Assembly: GCA_000320545.1 (NCBI GenBank)
Contig: ADNK01002279.1
Span: 17,040-81,039 of the forward strand
Length of the DNA: 64,000 bases
Reading direction: 5' to 3'
From: Bigelowiella natans CCMP2755
Lineage: Eukaryota; Protista; Cercozoa
Shown: in pieces, positions 40,754-54,032 of the stretch
How the letters are laid out: each line of letters begins with the position of its first letter
Numbering within the stretch: the stretch's first letter is position 1
Made by a program: the position numbers and the translations under genes
The notes under the pieces: generated by a model
What the model was told of the DNA's origin: nothing
Database searches by the model: none
What the model saw: the letters and a program-made list of their open reading frames with translations, nothing else

Positions 40754-42344
40754 CTCTTCTCTCTCCTGCTCTTACGCTATGCGTGGTAGACAATGGCATG
40801 CGTGTGCCTTCTACCCACCCAAATGCGAAAATGGCATGAAGGGAAGCGATAAAATGACCTCTGAGTTGTTCGAAATCTTCGATTTCTTGCACAGTTTCAC
40901 GAAGTCTTTAGTCCCTTTGGCCAGGATTTCCTTGTCTTAGGAAGATAAGGGGGGGCGAGGCAGTTGTTGGAATAGGGAAAGATCATACACACGCTTGGAA
41001 TTGCAGCTACTCTGCCCGCAATGGGAGAGACTGGCTAAGGCAGTATGGTAGTGGCTTTTAGATTTGCTACTCTACATAGTCGCACTCATCGAGAAGTACC
41101 TCCTGCTCCGTTTACGGATGGGTTTGTTTTCTGAGACGAGAACAGACAATTCAGAGCGATGCAATGCAATGTAATGAAGGATTCACTATTCGAAGGGAAT
41201 AGCATGCGTCGTTTTGGACGATTTAGCATCATCCGCAGACGACTTAGGATTTAATCAAACACCGCGAACGCTACATCATTTACTTTGCTTTCTTTAATGT
41301 GTGTTTTATTTCGTTTGCCCTGTGCATTCTCGGCTGCTATGCGCGGTATGTGATCGCTCCTATCAGCAGCAGCAGCACCTTAATCCATTTGAAGAGAATG
41401 TCGTTGAAACCGTTCTCTGCGTGGTGGGAGATTTCGCAAAAAACAAGGAGGCAAATGAATTGATGCACAATGGGAGATCAAATTTCGAAGCAAATGGTTT
41501 GCGCCTTCTATATGCACAGAGGGGAAAAGAGGGAGGGGGTGGTGAAGAGCTATCGGAAGAATTCTATTCCTTTAAAAAAAATCTATTACAGCTTTAACTA
41601 TTAAGCACTACTACTACTATTACTACTTCTACTACTACTACCTCCAATAATCTCCTGCAGACGAATCATTACAACGACGGAGCGATATTCTCGAGAAGGG
41701 ATATTCGTCTCCCCATATGTGCTGGCAAGATAAGATACAGGCAGCAACGTGCAAATAGCTCATCACGACAACGAACATGATGATATAATCGATTTTTCGG
41801 GCAAAAGAAACCACCAGAGACTATAACTCGATTGTTGTTGGATCTTATTGCAAAACGTATTTGCTTGCTTTCGACTTTAGTATCATTCTTAAAGCTTTGT
41901 TTTCCAATCTATCTGCCCCCCCCCCTCTCCCCTTTACCTCTTTCCTCCTTGTCCCCTCCCCTCTCTATCGTCTTACTTTTCCTCTCTCTGCGTAAAAAAG
42001 TCCTCTCGCGCGCGCATCTACTATTTAAATTCTAACGAAGATACGGCGGAGATGGAGGTGTTGGTTGCGGTGTTGTTTACAGAAATCCTTTGAAGTTGAG
42101 GGGGAGGATGGGGTGTTTCGTGGTCAGGCTCTTAGACATCTCCGGCTCGAATGCCAAAGTACTAGCGGCTTCATTGCTGTTTCTCGCTGCGGCCTTATGG
42201 ACTTCGGCAGGGTAGGTTGGGTCTTCGTACCTGCAAATGGCAGTTCAAATAATGAGGAAATTCCCCGATCCGCGCTGCTATAAGAGAGACACGATCAAAT
42301 TCTTCGATACTGCAAAATAACAAATGCTGTGCACATATACAAGT

Positions 42345-42387
<43 letters not shown>

Positions 42388-42941
42388 TTGGCATTACGTG
42401 CTGAAACTACTTAGGTTAAGTTATAGTGCGAAAGGATCACAAAATCAGCCTCGAAACAAAGCACACGTCCAAACACACATTAGAATAAAAATCACACGGA
42501 TACGAATGCAAGCCGTGACTGCCATTACTCTAAAATGTCAAAGACTTTGTTCCTCCTGACAACGTATATAAATGCACGATATATCAGAGACCATTCTGAA
42601 TGTTCTCCAAATGCAAGTAATTGAATTTATATCAGATCTACAATACTGACGATTTTTCGTAATAGAATCATATCGCACAACAAATTTCATCTGCGTTTTT
42701 TTCGCAGCTGCGGCGCTATATTCTAAGCTGCAGCAGCTGTACTTGACTTCTAGTTGGGAGAACAGAAGATAAAAGAGGTACATTATCTCCCTTTGTCTAT
42801 CTACATCTTCTCTTTTTAGAACTTTGGAAATACGCTGCTGCTTTGTCCACTGCGACAAGGCATAGTGCATGCCGCTGATTACCCAAGAAACGTCGCGATT
42901 CGAATATTACAAGAAAAAGTGCTAATGTTTTTTATCTTCAC

Positions 42942-42994
<53 letters not shown>

Positions 42995-42996
42995 AG

Positions 42997-43032
<36 letters not shown>

Positions 43033-43664
43033 CGTGTCAGGATCATGCTGGTACTTACAGGAGGAAAATAGCTTCATTGTTTCCGAACACCTCTCGTATG
43101 TATCTTTTGGATCAGAAAAACACAACAGTTGGCGCATTAGAGCCGTGTAAGAGAGAAACACAACGAATTGCACATATACATACACACAGACATACACACG
43201 GCCATAGACAAAATGCGAGAGAATCTTTGAATATCACCAAGTCTTCGTCATTCAAGAAAACAGGTGCACAATGATGGAAACGCTGTACCGAAAGAAATCA
43301 TGAACACATTGATCGATGGCAACAACAATTTGGAAACATGCCTATATGACGTAACAAATGCGTGTTTGTTTTCGGTACTTATGCACTATTATCCCCACGA
43401 AGCCATCCACCATCCAAGAATCAGAATGGCTTTTCAACTATTTTGCACACACACACACACACACACGCACACACACACACACACACACATAACATCAAAC
43501 GCGTTTACAGTAGAAACACAGTTAAACGCTCGGTATTAGGCGGAATAACATTCTCTTCTTTCATTAAAATGCTCTGCAGCGTTAGTGGCATTTTTAACTA
43601 CACTGTACTTCTAAGCTTTCATACCATTTGCGTGTGCATAAGCCAGGCTGATGCAACCGCCTGA

Positions 43665-43703
<39 letters not shown>

Positions 43704-43885
43704 TAATTATATACATTCTGTGTGTGTGCGTGCGTAAGTGTGTGTTTGTGTGTGTGTGTATTTTCATGCATATATTATCCATATATCATGTATATCTGTA
43801 CCAACATAGACTATATTATATGCAAGCAAAGCAACAATGAGCACGTAGAGAGGAAGAATGATTACTAAAGATTATGATAAATAAA

Positions 43886-43921
<36 letters not shown>

Positions 43922-44383
43922 TAAGTAAAGCCTTGGATGGCATCAGAAAGAAGAATCATTGCCATTTAAAATACCTTCACTAGTAGACGTCTCGTAAGGT
44001 ACACCTGAAATTAGTAGCAGTTGTAGAAGTAGCAGCACAAAGGTGTGGGGGTATTGTTTGGTGATGACTATTTTCACACCAACACATGGCGATCTTATCT
44101 AACGCTCTACATAAAAAAGAATATGATTATGCATGTATGCATGCTATTGGCACATCAAGTTTGTTTTCCTTTCTTGGTCTCTCTCACTCCTCCCTAACCC
44201 AGGTTGACCGAACATCATACGAAAAATTGTATAATCGATAGTAAGCATTACACATGCAGCTCTCCGATGTGTCACAAGCATCAGCTATCCCCCCCCCCTC
44301 CCCCCCACACCTGGTCTATGATGTGCGAGTCGTGCAGAGTCTCCACGTGGCATATACTTTCCAAAATTGTAAAACAGAGCATA

Positions 44384-44419
<36 letters not shown>

Positions 44420-44761
44420 CACACACAAATATGTGCAAATATGGACCCGAAGAGATAAACGAACGTGGTTCCCCACGATTCTTATTCGCACTTCCACAAA
44501 ATGTAAACGACACGAAGGTCGTCATCTCAACCAAAAAGTTTGTTGTGTGTAAAAAACAGCAGCAGCAGTCATGATGATGTGAAATCGCTGATTACGCCAT
44601 GCCGGTGTACGCCTCGACGTCCCTTACGGCCTCCCTAACGAAGACCTGTGCAATGATGCAAACAAACACGATGACACAATGCAAAAATGCCTTCTTTCCC
44701 GGTTGCTCTTGCATTCTCTCTTTATTCCTTTCTTTCTCTCTTTCTCTTTCTCTTTCTCTCC

Positions 44762-44808
<47 letters not shown>

Positions 44809-45375
44809 CATCCATGTCTAACCTCATCATGTACCTGTCTAAAGGTTTTTGTAGGAAATGGTGTGCGGCGAAGATAATTCGAGACGAAATCAAGGATCTT
44901 CGCAAGATGCTGGCAGGTGTATCTAATTTTTGTCATATTCATATTTGTTGTTTGAGGGGGAGAGAGAGGGGGAGAGAGAGAGGGAGAGAGAGAGGGAGAG
45001 AGAGAGAGAGAGAGAGAGAGAAAGTGTGTGTGTGCATGCATTGTGATGAGTTGTTAGAATGGTGTATTCTAAACACAAATATTCGTGGACGCGCACTCTC
45101 GATACGGATTCCTACCTAACGTAAGTTTGCATTCTTGTGCGTAGAATGTCCTTCTTTTTCCGACCTATGTATGGGAGATAAAGAAACGAATATTAATGGT
45201 ATTAGTATAATAAATTCTCGCGTATAAATGTATGGTAAGGCAAAAATGCCAGTTTACATCTAGTGTACCAAGATTGACGTGTTTGGGTTCCCAAGGAATG
45301 TATCTGTTAGTAGTTATCATCGAAGAAATCAATACATAGGTAAACATTAAAAACAATTAAGTCAGATGGGTACGT

Positions 45376-45419
<44 letters not shown>

Positions 45420-47031
45420 TTTATATTATATAGACTGTAGTAATAGTAGCTTTGATCATTTTGCATTCAGCACGTGCGTGTCAGTACATTTCAATAGGCA
45501 CGGGGCTGTCGACACTAGCGAGATCGTCCACAATGCCGATGTCGTCGAGCGTGAACTTCTCAAAAGGGCCTGCGGCGAAGCCGATCTTGGGGGGGGGGGG
45601 AGGCAAGGGGTATGAAAGTGTAGATTAATGAGATTTTTTTTTTTTTAAAAAAAATGTACGTCAGAGGCATGCTCCAGTGATATGTATACATGGTGGGATG
45701 ATGACGTGTAGCATAAATACCCCACGCGCATTCACTAGCTGCTCCTTGGTGTCGTACTTAAATGTCTTATATTTCACCGGTAGACCTGCGAAACAACGCG
45801 TTGAAAATGCATATATACACGCTGGTTTTTTGGCATGGATATATCAACTGACCCCCCTCTCTAGACGTGTGCTCTTCGACGGATATTGGGTCGCCGGAGG
45901 CCACGACCGAATACCGCTCGGAACAATGAAACGTCATTTCGAACGTGGACAAGGCGTTGCTATGCTCCTGGAGAGCAAACGGGAGTGGGGGGGGCGAATG
46001 CGGGTTATGGAAATGTACATACAATACAGAAACATATAAATGACAAAATATTCAAAGCCTTCAACCTTGCTCATCTTACCCCCACCCACCCCGACACACA
46101 GTTCCACACAAACACCTTCTGTGTAATCATGCGAAGAGTTGAAAAGTGATTGGATTGTATAGTGTTCATCTTCGTCATTTGTCTGTGATGGGCATTCTTG
46201 CTCTTACGTTGCACGGAAACCATGAGGAAGGCCGCCCCCGAGACGTGTAGGTGAATAAGTGCCTGTACCAACGACTCGTTTAGTAGTCTTTCCATATCGA
46301 CGATGAGGATGGTGATGATGACGAAGGTAGAATGGGCAGAGAACAATGATGATGATGATGATGATAATGCTTTTATCAATACTTCGGTTGTGATGAAGAA
46401 AGGGTGAGTAATTCAATCTCGAGCCAAGAACGAATTAGCTTATCGTTGCGCTCTCGGAAAATACATGTTCTATATGCGAATTATGGCATTACAACAACGT
46501 ACTTGGGTCGTATTTCATACGCTCCATTTCTTGGGAGAACACTGTGCATCCCTGTACGCGGACTTCTGCCGTCGCCTTTCAGTCGGTAATCAATCCTAAC
46601 CTAAGCGGTAGAGAGCCGAGAAGGGGGGGGGGGTGGAGGGGGGATGTAGAGTTTTCTGTCATTCGTCAAAAAATCTACGAAAAGATCCAGAGTTTAATAC
46701 GATATGATTTTGGTCTTAACAGGGATATAACAGGACGATGTGCTGCAAGGAGCATCGTCATCACGGAGCATTAAGCACGCATCAATGAGAGAAAGTGCGA
46801 TTGAATTTCGATGGTATGATTCGACTTCTATCAATTGATAGCACTTCAATACCACAAGTCGTAGTTTGACTTCGCTCACGTCATCATCAACTTTGGCCTG
46901 ATAACATCGATAAGTCAGTTGGGGCTGCATTGTAAGAGCATGCTGCTTCTTTAGGGTGTATCATGTATTTGGTACTACATTCGTTTCTTTTCGTTCTATA
47001 AATATACTACATATAATATGTGCAAAACAGT

Positions 47032-47076
<45 letters not shown>

Positions 47077-48001
47077 TTGTGTATTCATAATGCACATCCA
47101 GGGAGCCCTTCAAGTCTATATACATGTTATTTTACTCGTAAATCTATAAAATGTGCGAGCATCGAAAAAGCGCGTGGTTGAAGAGGGGAAGTTCGCTTAC
47201 GTCCGTGTCCATCAGATCGAAGTCATTGCTCCTCTCTTTCTTCACCTGCCAGCCATACCAAATTGCTCAGCGCCAACTGCATCACCACGTTCGCACAAAC
47301 GCACGTATATCAAAAAGCATGCTGCTACGACGTAAAAAGCACGTGAGCGTGTGGCATTCATACAAACACGGCCAAAGTAAACAAGCACAAACACTTACTT
47401 GCACACTTACACACTTACACGCCTCCTACACACATCAACAGGCAGCAGCATACACAGCTATTTCCCCGTGAAACCTTTTCGCGCATGAGCTTCCGCTCAC
47501 GCAAAAGGTCATCGGGAACGACAATGCAGAGCTCTCCTCTTTCGGCATAATATGCACGTTGACACGCACGTGCATCTACGTCATTTAGGTCGTTTGTCTG
47601 ATGAAAATGCCAAGAGTAATTGCTTCAGCGATGTCACTTACAATGGGTTATAACGATTCTCGGATTCTCAATATTTGACGGAATCTTCCTACATCTTCAA
47701 TCTTCAAAGACCAGAAATCGCGAGCCCTGACAATTGCATTTTGTCGGTAAAAAGCCGTACAACAAATCCTCGTGATCTAACACGCATTTGGTATAAAATT
47801 GCTGTCTGGATAAAGTGAAATGCTGTGTGTGTTCATGGCTGTGCAAGCACGTTCTTTTTATAGGGACATCTCAAGACTTACTTGTTGCTGCGGTGTGAGC
47901 CTTTTGAATCATCTAAAGACGAAGTCAGCACAATAATAATAATAATGAAGGAATGGAGAATTCGCTCTTCCTCCCCCCTTCTTCTCTCTCTATTTTTTTT
48001 T

Positions 48002-48082
<81 letters not shown>

Positions 48083-48256
48083 CTGATTGTAAGTGTCGAT
48101 GTTTTTTTAATAGTATCTGTACATGAAGTGATGATGTTCGGGGAAACTACCTTCGAATCCATGTGTTTGCACATGGGAGAACTTAGCCGTTTTGCCGTTT
48201 ACGGATATAGAATCAATCTATAGTTTTTATGGGGTAAGTTCGCATGTTGAATACAG

Positions 48257-48288
<32 letters not shown>

Positions 48289-49252
48289 AGGAGGACGATA
48301 GAGAGAGATAGGGGGAGATTAAGAGATAGAGAACGAATACAGAGGCGGGAAAGAAAATACGCAACTGGTTTTGTTTTAGATATAACACATACGATGAATA
48401 AATCATTATCGGTCTAATAAAATACGGTCGTCGTTTCGTTCTGGCCTTGAACTGTATTTAGTTTTTATAGATTATTACGTGATAATACCGATAGCTGGCT
48501 GGCATCAGCATTCAAACATATCTCTAGTGGGTCATGTGCGAAGTTGTATATCGCTTCAGTAAATCCCTGGGGAGAGGAAGGGGGGGGGAGGGGGCAGGAA
48601 TATACGACCGAGCCGGGTATAAGCTCCGTTGTGGTTATCAGTTAAAAAGTTACTATATATAATTGCATGATCGCCCAACCGTTATGTTCTCCCCTTCTCT
48701 CATAATTCTCTCATTCGAGGATATATTGTATGGGCAGGCGTGCCTTCCTATCGTGGCTTATTAGTGCTCAACGAAAGGGCGTGGAAAGGGGCAGTCAACG
48801 AGAGTATTTAAAAGAGTCATGAAGATATCTGCGCATGATTTGAACTTGCTAATACACGTACAATTGCAGTACGTGAGCAAGTACCTAGACGAAGCAAGTA
48901 CGACCACGACCAGATGTGCATAGAACACACTCACACACAAACGCACACACAAACACACTCTCACTCTCTCACTCACGCATACGTACACGCACGCTCATAA
49001 GCAGAGGCATATTTCGGTTGCCCTCTCTCCCCTTAACCTCCCCACCAACCGAAAGCCTGCCGCCTTCAACGTCCAGAGTGAGCTCTAGCTTTTGATGCTC
49101 TGGCATTAACACATTTATTTGCATAAATCAACACAGTGGAAAGAGCCACGCCACCACCGCTCTCATCGAGAGCTTGCTCGATGTCCCCCTTCTTCTCCCA
49201 GCCTCATCCTCGCGCTACAGAAAAATCCACAACAACTACCTGGGCGCCACAT
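33150..49252 (-). CDS. TAF2: Transcription initiation factor TFIID subunit 2 (M1-aminopeptidase-like fold), many short exons; 3' end approximate
   Basis: Ordered TAF2-like segments: MWRPEHQKLELTLDVEGGRLS-GFTE (49252-48550), STFEMTFHCSERYSVVASGD (~45900), IGFAAGPFE (~45570), LAKILDFVSNYLRRTPFPTKTFRQ-VFVREA (~44900-44600), VDWVRADPDG (~38190), QHEVMWIYQLLYSK-NVVSQLDAVEGL (~37560-37380), KVRIAAAEA (~36920), AYSDSHYLADLIR (~35520), DEEIRHSAYRLYF (~33520). Confidence 0.85.
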
Positions 49253-49906
49253 CCTAGCAGGACTCTCCTATAGTCTGATAAAGCCGGGGGGGGAGCTAAT
49301 AATGATCCGCAGCAGGTCGGCCAGAGAAGAGGCAGCGGTCGGTTAAGCTCTTCGCAGAAGAAAGATGCCGATTTTAGTAGTGTTTTTGGACAAGAATATT
49401 ACGATATTTTCCGCAAAGAGATTTAGGCCGGAAAAGAGTAATTTGTCTTCTCAGATGTTTCACACCTCGCGTAGTTCCAGGCCGCATCGATATTTGTCCA
49501 TCATTCCATTCTCGGTACAACTATGAGCGCATGTCAAGGCCGTTTGTGTCCTTCATGTCCGAGAGTGCATGTGTGATGGGACAATTTCAATGTGATTCTT
49601 GATTTCTTCCTCTGCCGTAAGACTGGAAGAAAGAGACATGCAAGACCAACAAATTAGCTGCTGCGACTTCGAAAAGTATTGTCGCTCAAACAAAGTCATG
49701 GCTACTTTGAAGGGAAAAACAAAGGAAGAAAAACAAGAAGGCACCACCGGCAGAGCATCCGGTGCTGACACTGGAAGGAGGAAACGCACTGCGTCTGGTG
49801 TTGCGACAACCAAAACCAAGAAACAAACCCAGAAAACGACTGAAAATGTGAGAACCCAAAGCGAAAAGCGCAGCTCGTCGGTCCCACTCCAAGTCCACCA
49901 GTCAGT

Positions 49907-50001
49907 CCTCACTGAAGCTGGTTCGAGGCACTGCGTTTGGCACACTGCAGGTGTCTTGCAACACCTTGGAAATGTGGTTCCTCATCATTGTTCGTTGTTC
50001 A
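49907..50001 (+). repeat. Dispersed ~95-bp element, copy B
   Basis: cctcactgaagctggttcgaggcactgcgtttggcacactgcaggtgtcttgcaacaccttggaaatgtggttcctcatcattgttcgttgttca. Confidence 0.85.
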
Positions 50002-51235
50002 TTGTTCGTGCAAAAGAAAACGTGGTGGAAGTTGGTCGAAGCCAAGGTCCATGCACCACAAAGCTGGGGCAAGCTGGCAAGCCTCTCACCACCTGCAAGT
50101 GCAACCAATGATGGACACGTTGTGCATCACTGTGTCCATTGCACCACACGCTCAGCACGATCAAGGGCCCACTCTTTGGACGGTTGATGGAGTGTGCACA
50201 GTCGATCAGTGCCGAGTGAAGGTGCAACCGGTGCAGTGAGGTTCGGTCGAGTGTCGACCTCTCCCTCACTGCAATGGCCCAGCTGGCCAGTGGTGCACGC
50301 GCCACGTCACGCCACCTCACAGGTGAACCAGACTCGCACCTTCCCAACCACCACGCTTTTTTCGCACTTGCGACCACCACCACTTGTCCTGGCTGTGGCC
50401 CTTTTGAAACCACTTGCTGCCTGCTCGCACTGAAGGACTGCCAGGCTGGGTGCCAGGGTGGTCAAGAGCGAAAAAAGACTGGAAGGAGCGATGCGAACGA
50501 CGAAACGCCAAGGTGGAACTTGCAAGAGTTGTGTGGCGGGCACGAACACCGCTCCACCAAAAGTGACTTGCCCTTGCAGTTTGGTGGTGCGCCTCTTGTG
50601 CTCACCAGAGGGTTCACTCTCCTCCTTCGACTTGGTGCAGGTGCTTGCCAGCTTGCGACCACTTCCTGGACGCGACTGGGCGAGCCTGGTGCTCCAACGC
50701 CACCACGCAGAAAACTCGCGTTCAGGAAACCTTGGAACAAGGTGAAGAACCGTTTCCTCGTGAACAAGGAGGAGGAGGGGGGAGGCTCTTTCGTTTCCTC
50801 TTGGTCGTTTTGCTCTTGCTCCTGGCGTGGTCACCTGTTGGACCTGCCGCCTTTGCACGCTCCGTGATGGACGTGCAATGTGCCATGCGTGTGGTGCACG
50901 TGGTGCGTTGCTGTGTCATTGCTGTGCCTGTTGCTTCCTCTGCGTGTCCCGTTTGCTTGTCACTTTTCCACGCCCCTTTTCACAGGGGACACTTGTTTCC
51001 TGCCAGGTGCTTTCTCCACCTGTTTCGTGCAACTCAACACGGCCAAACGGAAGGTTTGAGCAACTCCTCGCCACCGCCAGGCTCGCGTCTTGTTGCGAGC
51101 TCTGTGACCTTCAGCTCCTCTGCCTGTTTGAGGCAATCTGACACGGAAGGTTTGGGCAACTTGACACCTCTCTCCACGCCGTTTGTCCGACGTGGTGTCT
51201 CTCTCGTTTCGTTTCACACGTTCTCAGACGCACCA

Positions 51236-51301
51236 AAAGGGACGTGGGTTGCCAAGCTGAGAGTGAAAGGGGCGTGGGTTGCTGAGCTGAGGAGGAAAGG
51301 G
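51236..51301 (+). repeat. 30-bp tandem repeat (2 units)
   Basis: aaagggacgtgggttgcCAagctgagagtg / aaaggggcgtgggttgcTGagctgaggagg. Confidence 0.8.
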
Positions 51302-52994
51302 TTTTGCGCGAGGGGTGTTGGAGTTTCCTTTGCACTCCTTGGAACGCAAAGAAGAGCTCTGGTGTCTGGGCATGTGGGTGATGACCACTGCTGAGTTCAC
51401 CGGTTTCGTCCTGGTGCGTTTCTTGACACGTGGTTCGTTGGGATCCAGGCCAGCAGAGGTGCCCACGACCTTTGAAGCAACACCTTGTCCACGTCGATGC
51501 GCACACTGGACGACGCGGTCGTCCTCTTCCAGTCTTGGCGTCTCCAGTGACGCGGTCGTTCACGATGCGTCTCAACTCTGTTCCTGACTTGTCCAACCTG
51601 TCGTTCTTCTTGTGAGGGAAGAGTTTGGCAAGTTTGACCACTTCGAACAGTTCAAAGCGTGTTCGATGCGAGAGCTGTTGTGCGCGAGGGTTGCTGCGCT
51701 GGGGGTTGTCAGGCCCCCGACGAGCTCACTCGCTGGCCGTGCGTGTCACTCGCAACGAAAAAGCCAGTTGCTTTTGTTTGCCAACAGGAGCGTGCTTGTG
51801 ATGGTGCACATCGAGCCTCCTGGTGTTCGTGAGGAGCAACGATCACAACTGAGTTGGAGTGACAGTGTGGTGTGCCTCACGATGCACACGCGTTCAACGT
51901 GCCTGCTTGAGCTTCGTTGCCTTGAGACAAAGTGCACCGGGTTCTGTTCGCACTCCTGTTTTGATGGTGACTTTCGTTCTCCACCTGTCAACGATGCAGC
52001 TGCGTTGCTCAAAAAGCTTCGCCGTTGTTCGACCAGCAACGCGTGGTCCAAAGTCGAAACGTCGTTTGACACGCTCACTTTTTCGGGTTGGTTTCTCCGT
52101 GGGGCCTCCTTGTTGCTTGACGTCCTTCCTTCGTTGTCAAAGAGGCTTTGGGATCACAAAGGAAGCCAAGGAAGGCGAGAGAAGCGTGCCGGGTGACTTG
52201 TTTTGAGGACGAGAAAACTGCACGCACGACGGGAGTGAAGAGAAGCGCAAAGGGTGCACCACTGAGAAAGTGGGAGTGGAGAGGACCGCAAAGAACGATT
52301 TGCGAAGGCAGGAGGCCTGCTTTGCCAAACGACGTGTCTCTGCGTTCCGTTCATCCAAACCACGTCCACGGAGCCTTCACCGATCCCAAACAACTGTCAC
52401 TTGCGCAAGTGCGCTCCGCACGCACCTGGCACGCCTTTGTTTCACTTGCTCCTCCTGGTTGGTGCAGCTGACTGAGTTCCAACGTGCGCCTTTGCGAGGT
52501 TTTCGCTTGCGAGCAAGTGCAGCAGTTTTTCCAACACTCCTCTGTTCTTTTTCACGAGGTCCACCTCGCTCGTTTTTTGTCACTCGTGTGACTGCCTGCA
52601 CCTCACCAGGTTTCTGCTTGCTTTTGCAAGGCCTGCTCACTTTGAGGTGGAGCTGCGTTCCACGTTCCAAGGGACGAACACGGAAGAGAACTTCTTCGAG
52701 CCTGGAGTCCACGTTGCCCTTGCCTTTGTGGTGCACGTGGTCGGTCGTGAACACCAAGCGCGCACTTGCACTGGGCAGTGCGCTGGGCTCCAGTTTGTGG
52801 TCTGGTTTGTCCACCCAACTGCTTCCACACTGGGAACGCTGGTTTTGGCCTCACGTCCCTGTTTCTCGTTGGGAACGTTGGTGTCGAACAGGTGTTCAGC
52901 GGCCTCGTGCAAACCAAAAGCCTTGACTTCACCAGCGGCCTCACCTGTCGCACACACACGCACACAAACGAAACGCCAGGAACAGTCAAAACAA

Positions 52995-53036
<42 letters not shown>

Positions 53037-53202
53037 TGCATGCATCAGCAACTTCAGTCTTTTTTTGTCGTTGGGAACAGTTTCACCGACTCGGCGTTCT
53101 TTCTCAGCTGCCTTCTGCCTCAACTCTGTCACGAACTTGACCACAGCTTCTTGGTCTTTTGACACCAGAGCATTGCCTGGGCTGGTGCACTCAAAGATGT
53201 CA

Positions 53203-53762
53203 GTCGAAAACTTGAGTTTGCACCTGCACTTTCAATGTGTGACTTTCCATCGATGGAAGTCACGCGTCGAAAATTGCAGATGCAAACTCGAGTTTTCGAC
53301 GGACACCTTGCATTGATGGAACCAACGAACCGCAGTGACCCCCTCCACGTGCTGGAGGTGTTGACGTGTCGAGAAAACGAAAATTGAAACGTGAACATTG
53401 AGTTGTGGCAGGGTTGGGTGGGACATCCCCCCCCCCATTGCTTCCACACTTTTGGATTGTGCGTTTTCAACCTTGTTTTCTCCGACACGTCAATGCCTTC
53501 AGCACGCAGAGGAGGTCGCTGCGGTTCGTTTGAGCCCTCAATGCAAGGCATCCGTCGAAAAATCGAGTTCACACTTGCAGTTTTCGATGTGTGACTTCCA
53601 CCTGCCCCCCCCCCGCCGCTCCCTGCATTTTTGGATTGTGCGGTTTCAATTTTTGTTTTTTTCGATGGTCAAATCCTCCAGCACGTGGTGGGAGACCTCC
53701 TCCACGTGCTGGGGGTGTTGACCTGTCGAAAAAATGAAAATTGAACGTGCACGATCCAAGTG
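53203..53762. repeat. Nested inverted-repeat (fold-back) array
   Basis: Imperfect palindrome 53203-53300 centred on atcgat (53249-53254); inverted pair ~53255-53390 / ~53460-53600; third palindrome ~53630-53759 centred on cagcacgtgg...ccacgtgctg. Confidence 0.85.
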
Positions 53763-54032
53763 GGGGATTTTTGCATTGCATCGACAAGAGGGTTGCGGGG
53801 GGGGGGGGGGGAACAGCTCCTGCCGTGGTGTCATCAACCACAATTTCCAGCAACAATTCCACAATTGCTGTTGCACTTGGGGAAGCAGTCTGTGATGCTG
53901 CCATGGCATGCACGCACGAAGTTCCCCACGTGTTCCTCAACACGCTCAAATCCTGATGACCATCTGCACGTGTGTCACGTGCACTGGGTGTGTTGTGCAT
54001 TGCACGTGTGTGCGCAATCACAGCAGTTCGCC

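Noticed and set aside
2328-48223. Many ORF-track entries with HTHTHT, SLSLSL, YIYIYI or ERERER runs
   Set aside because: Translations of intronic microsatellites, not proteins.
49915-49932. tRNA or tRNA-derived SINE, suggested by the B-box-like ggttcgaggc
   Set aside because: No A-box at suitable spacing and no cloverleaf could be drawn; kept only as an unexplained dispersed element.
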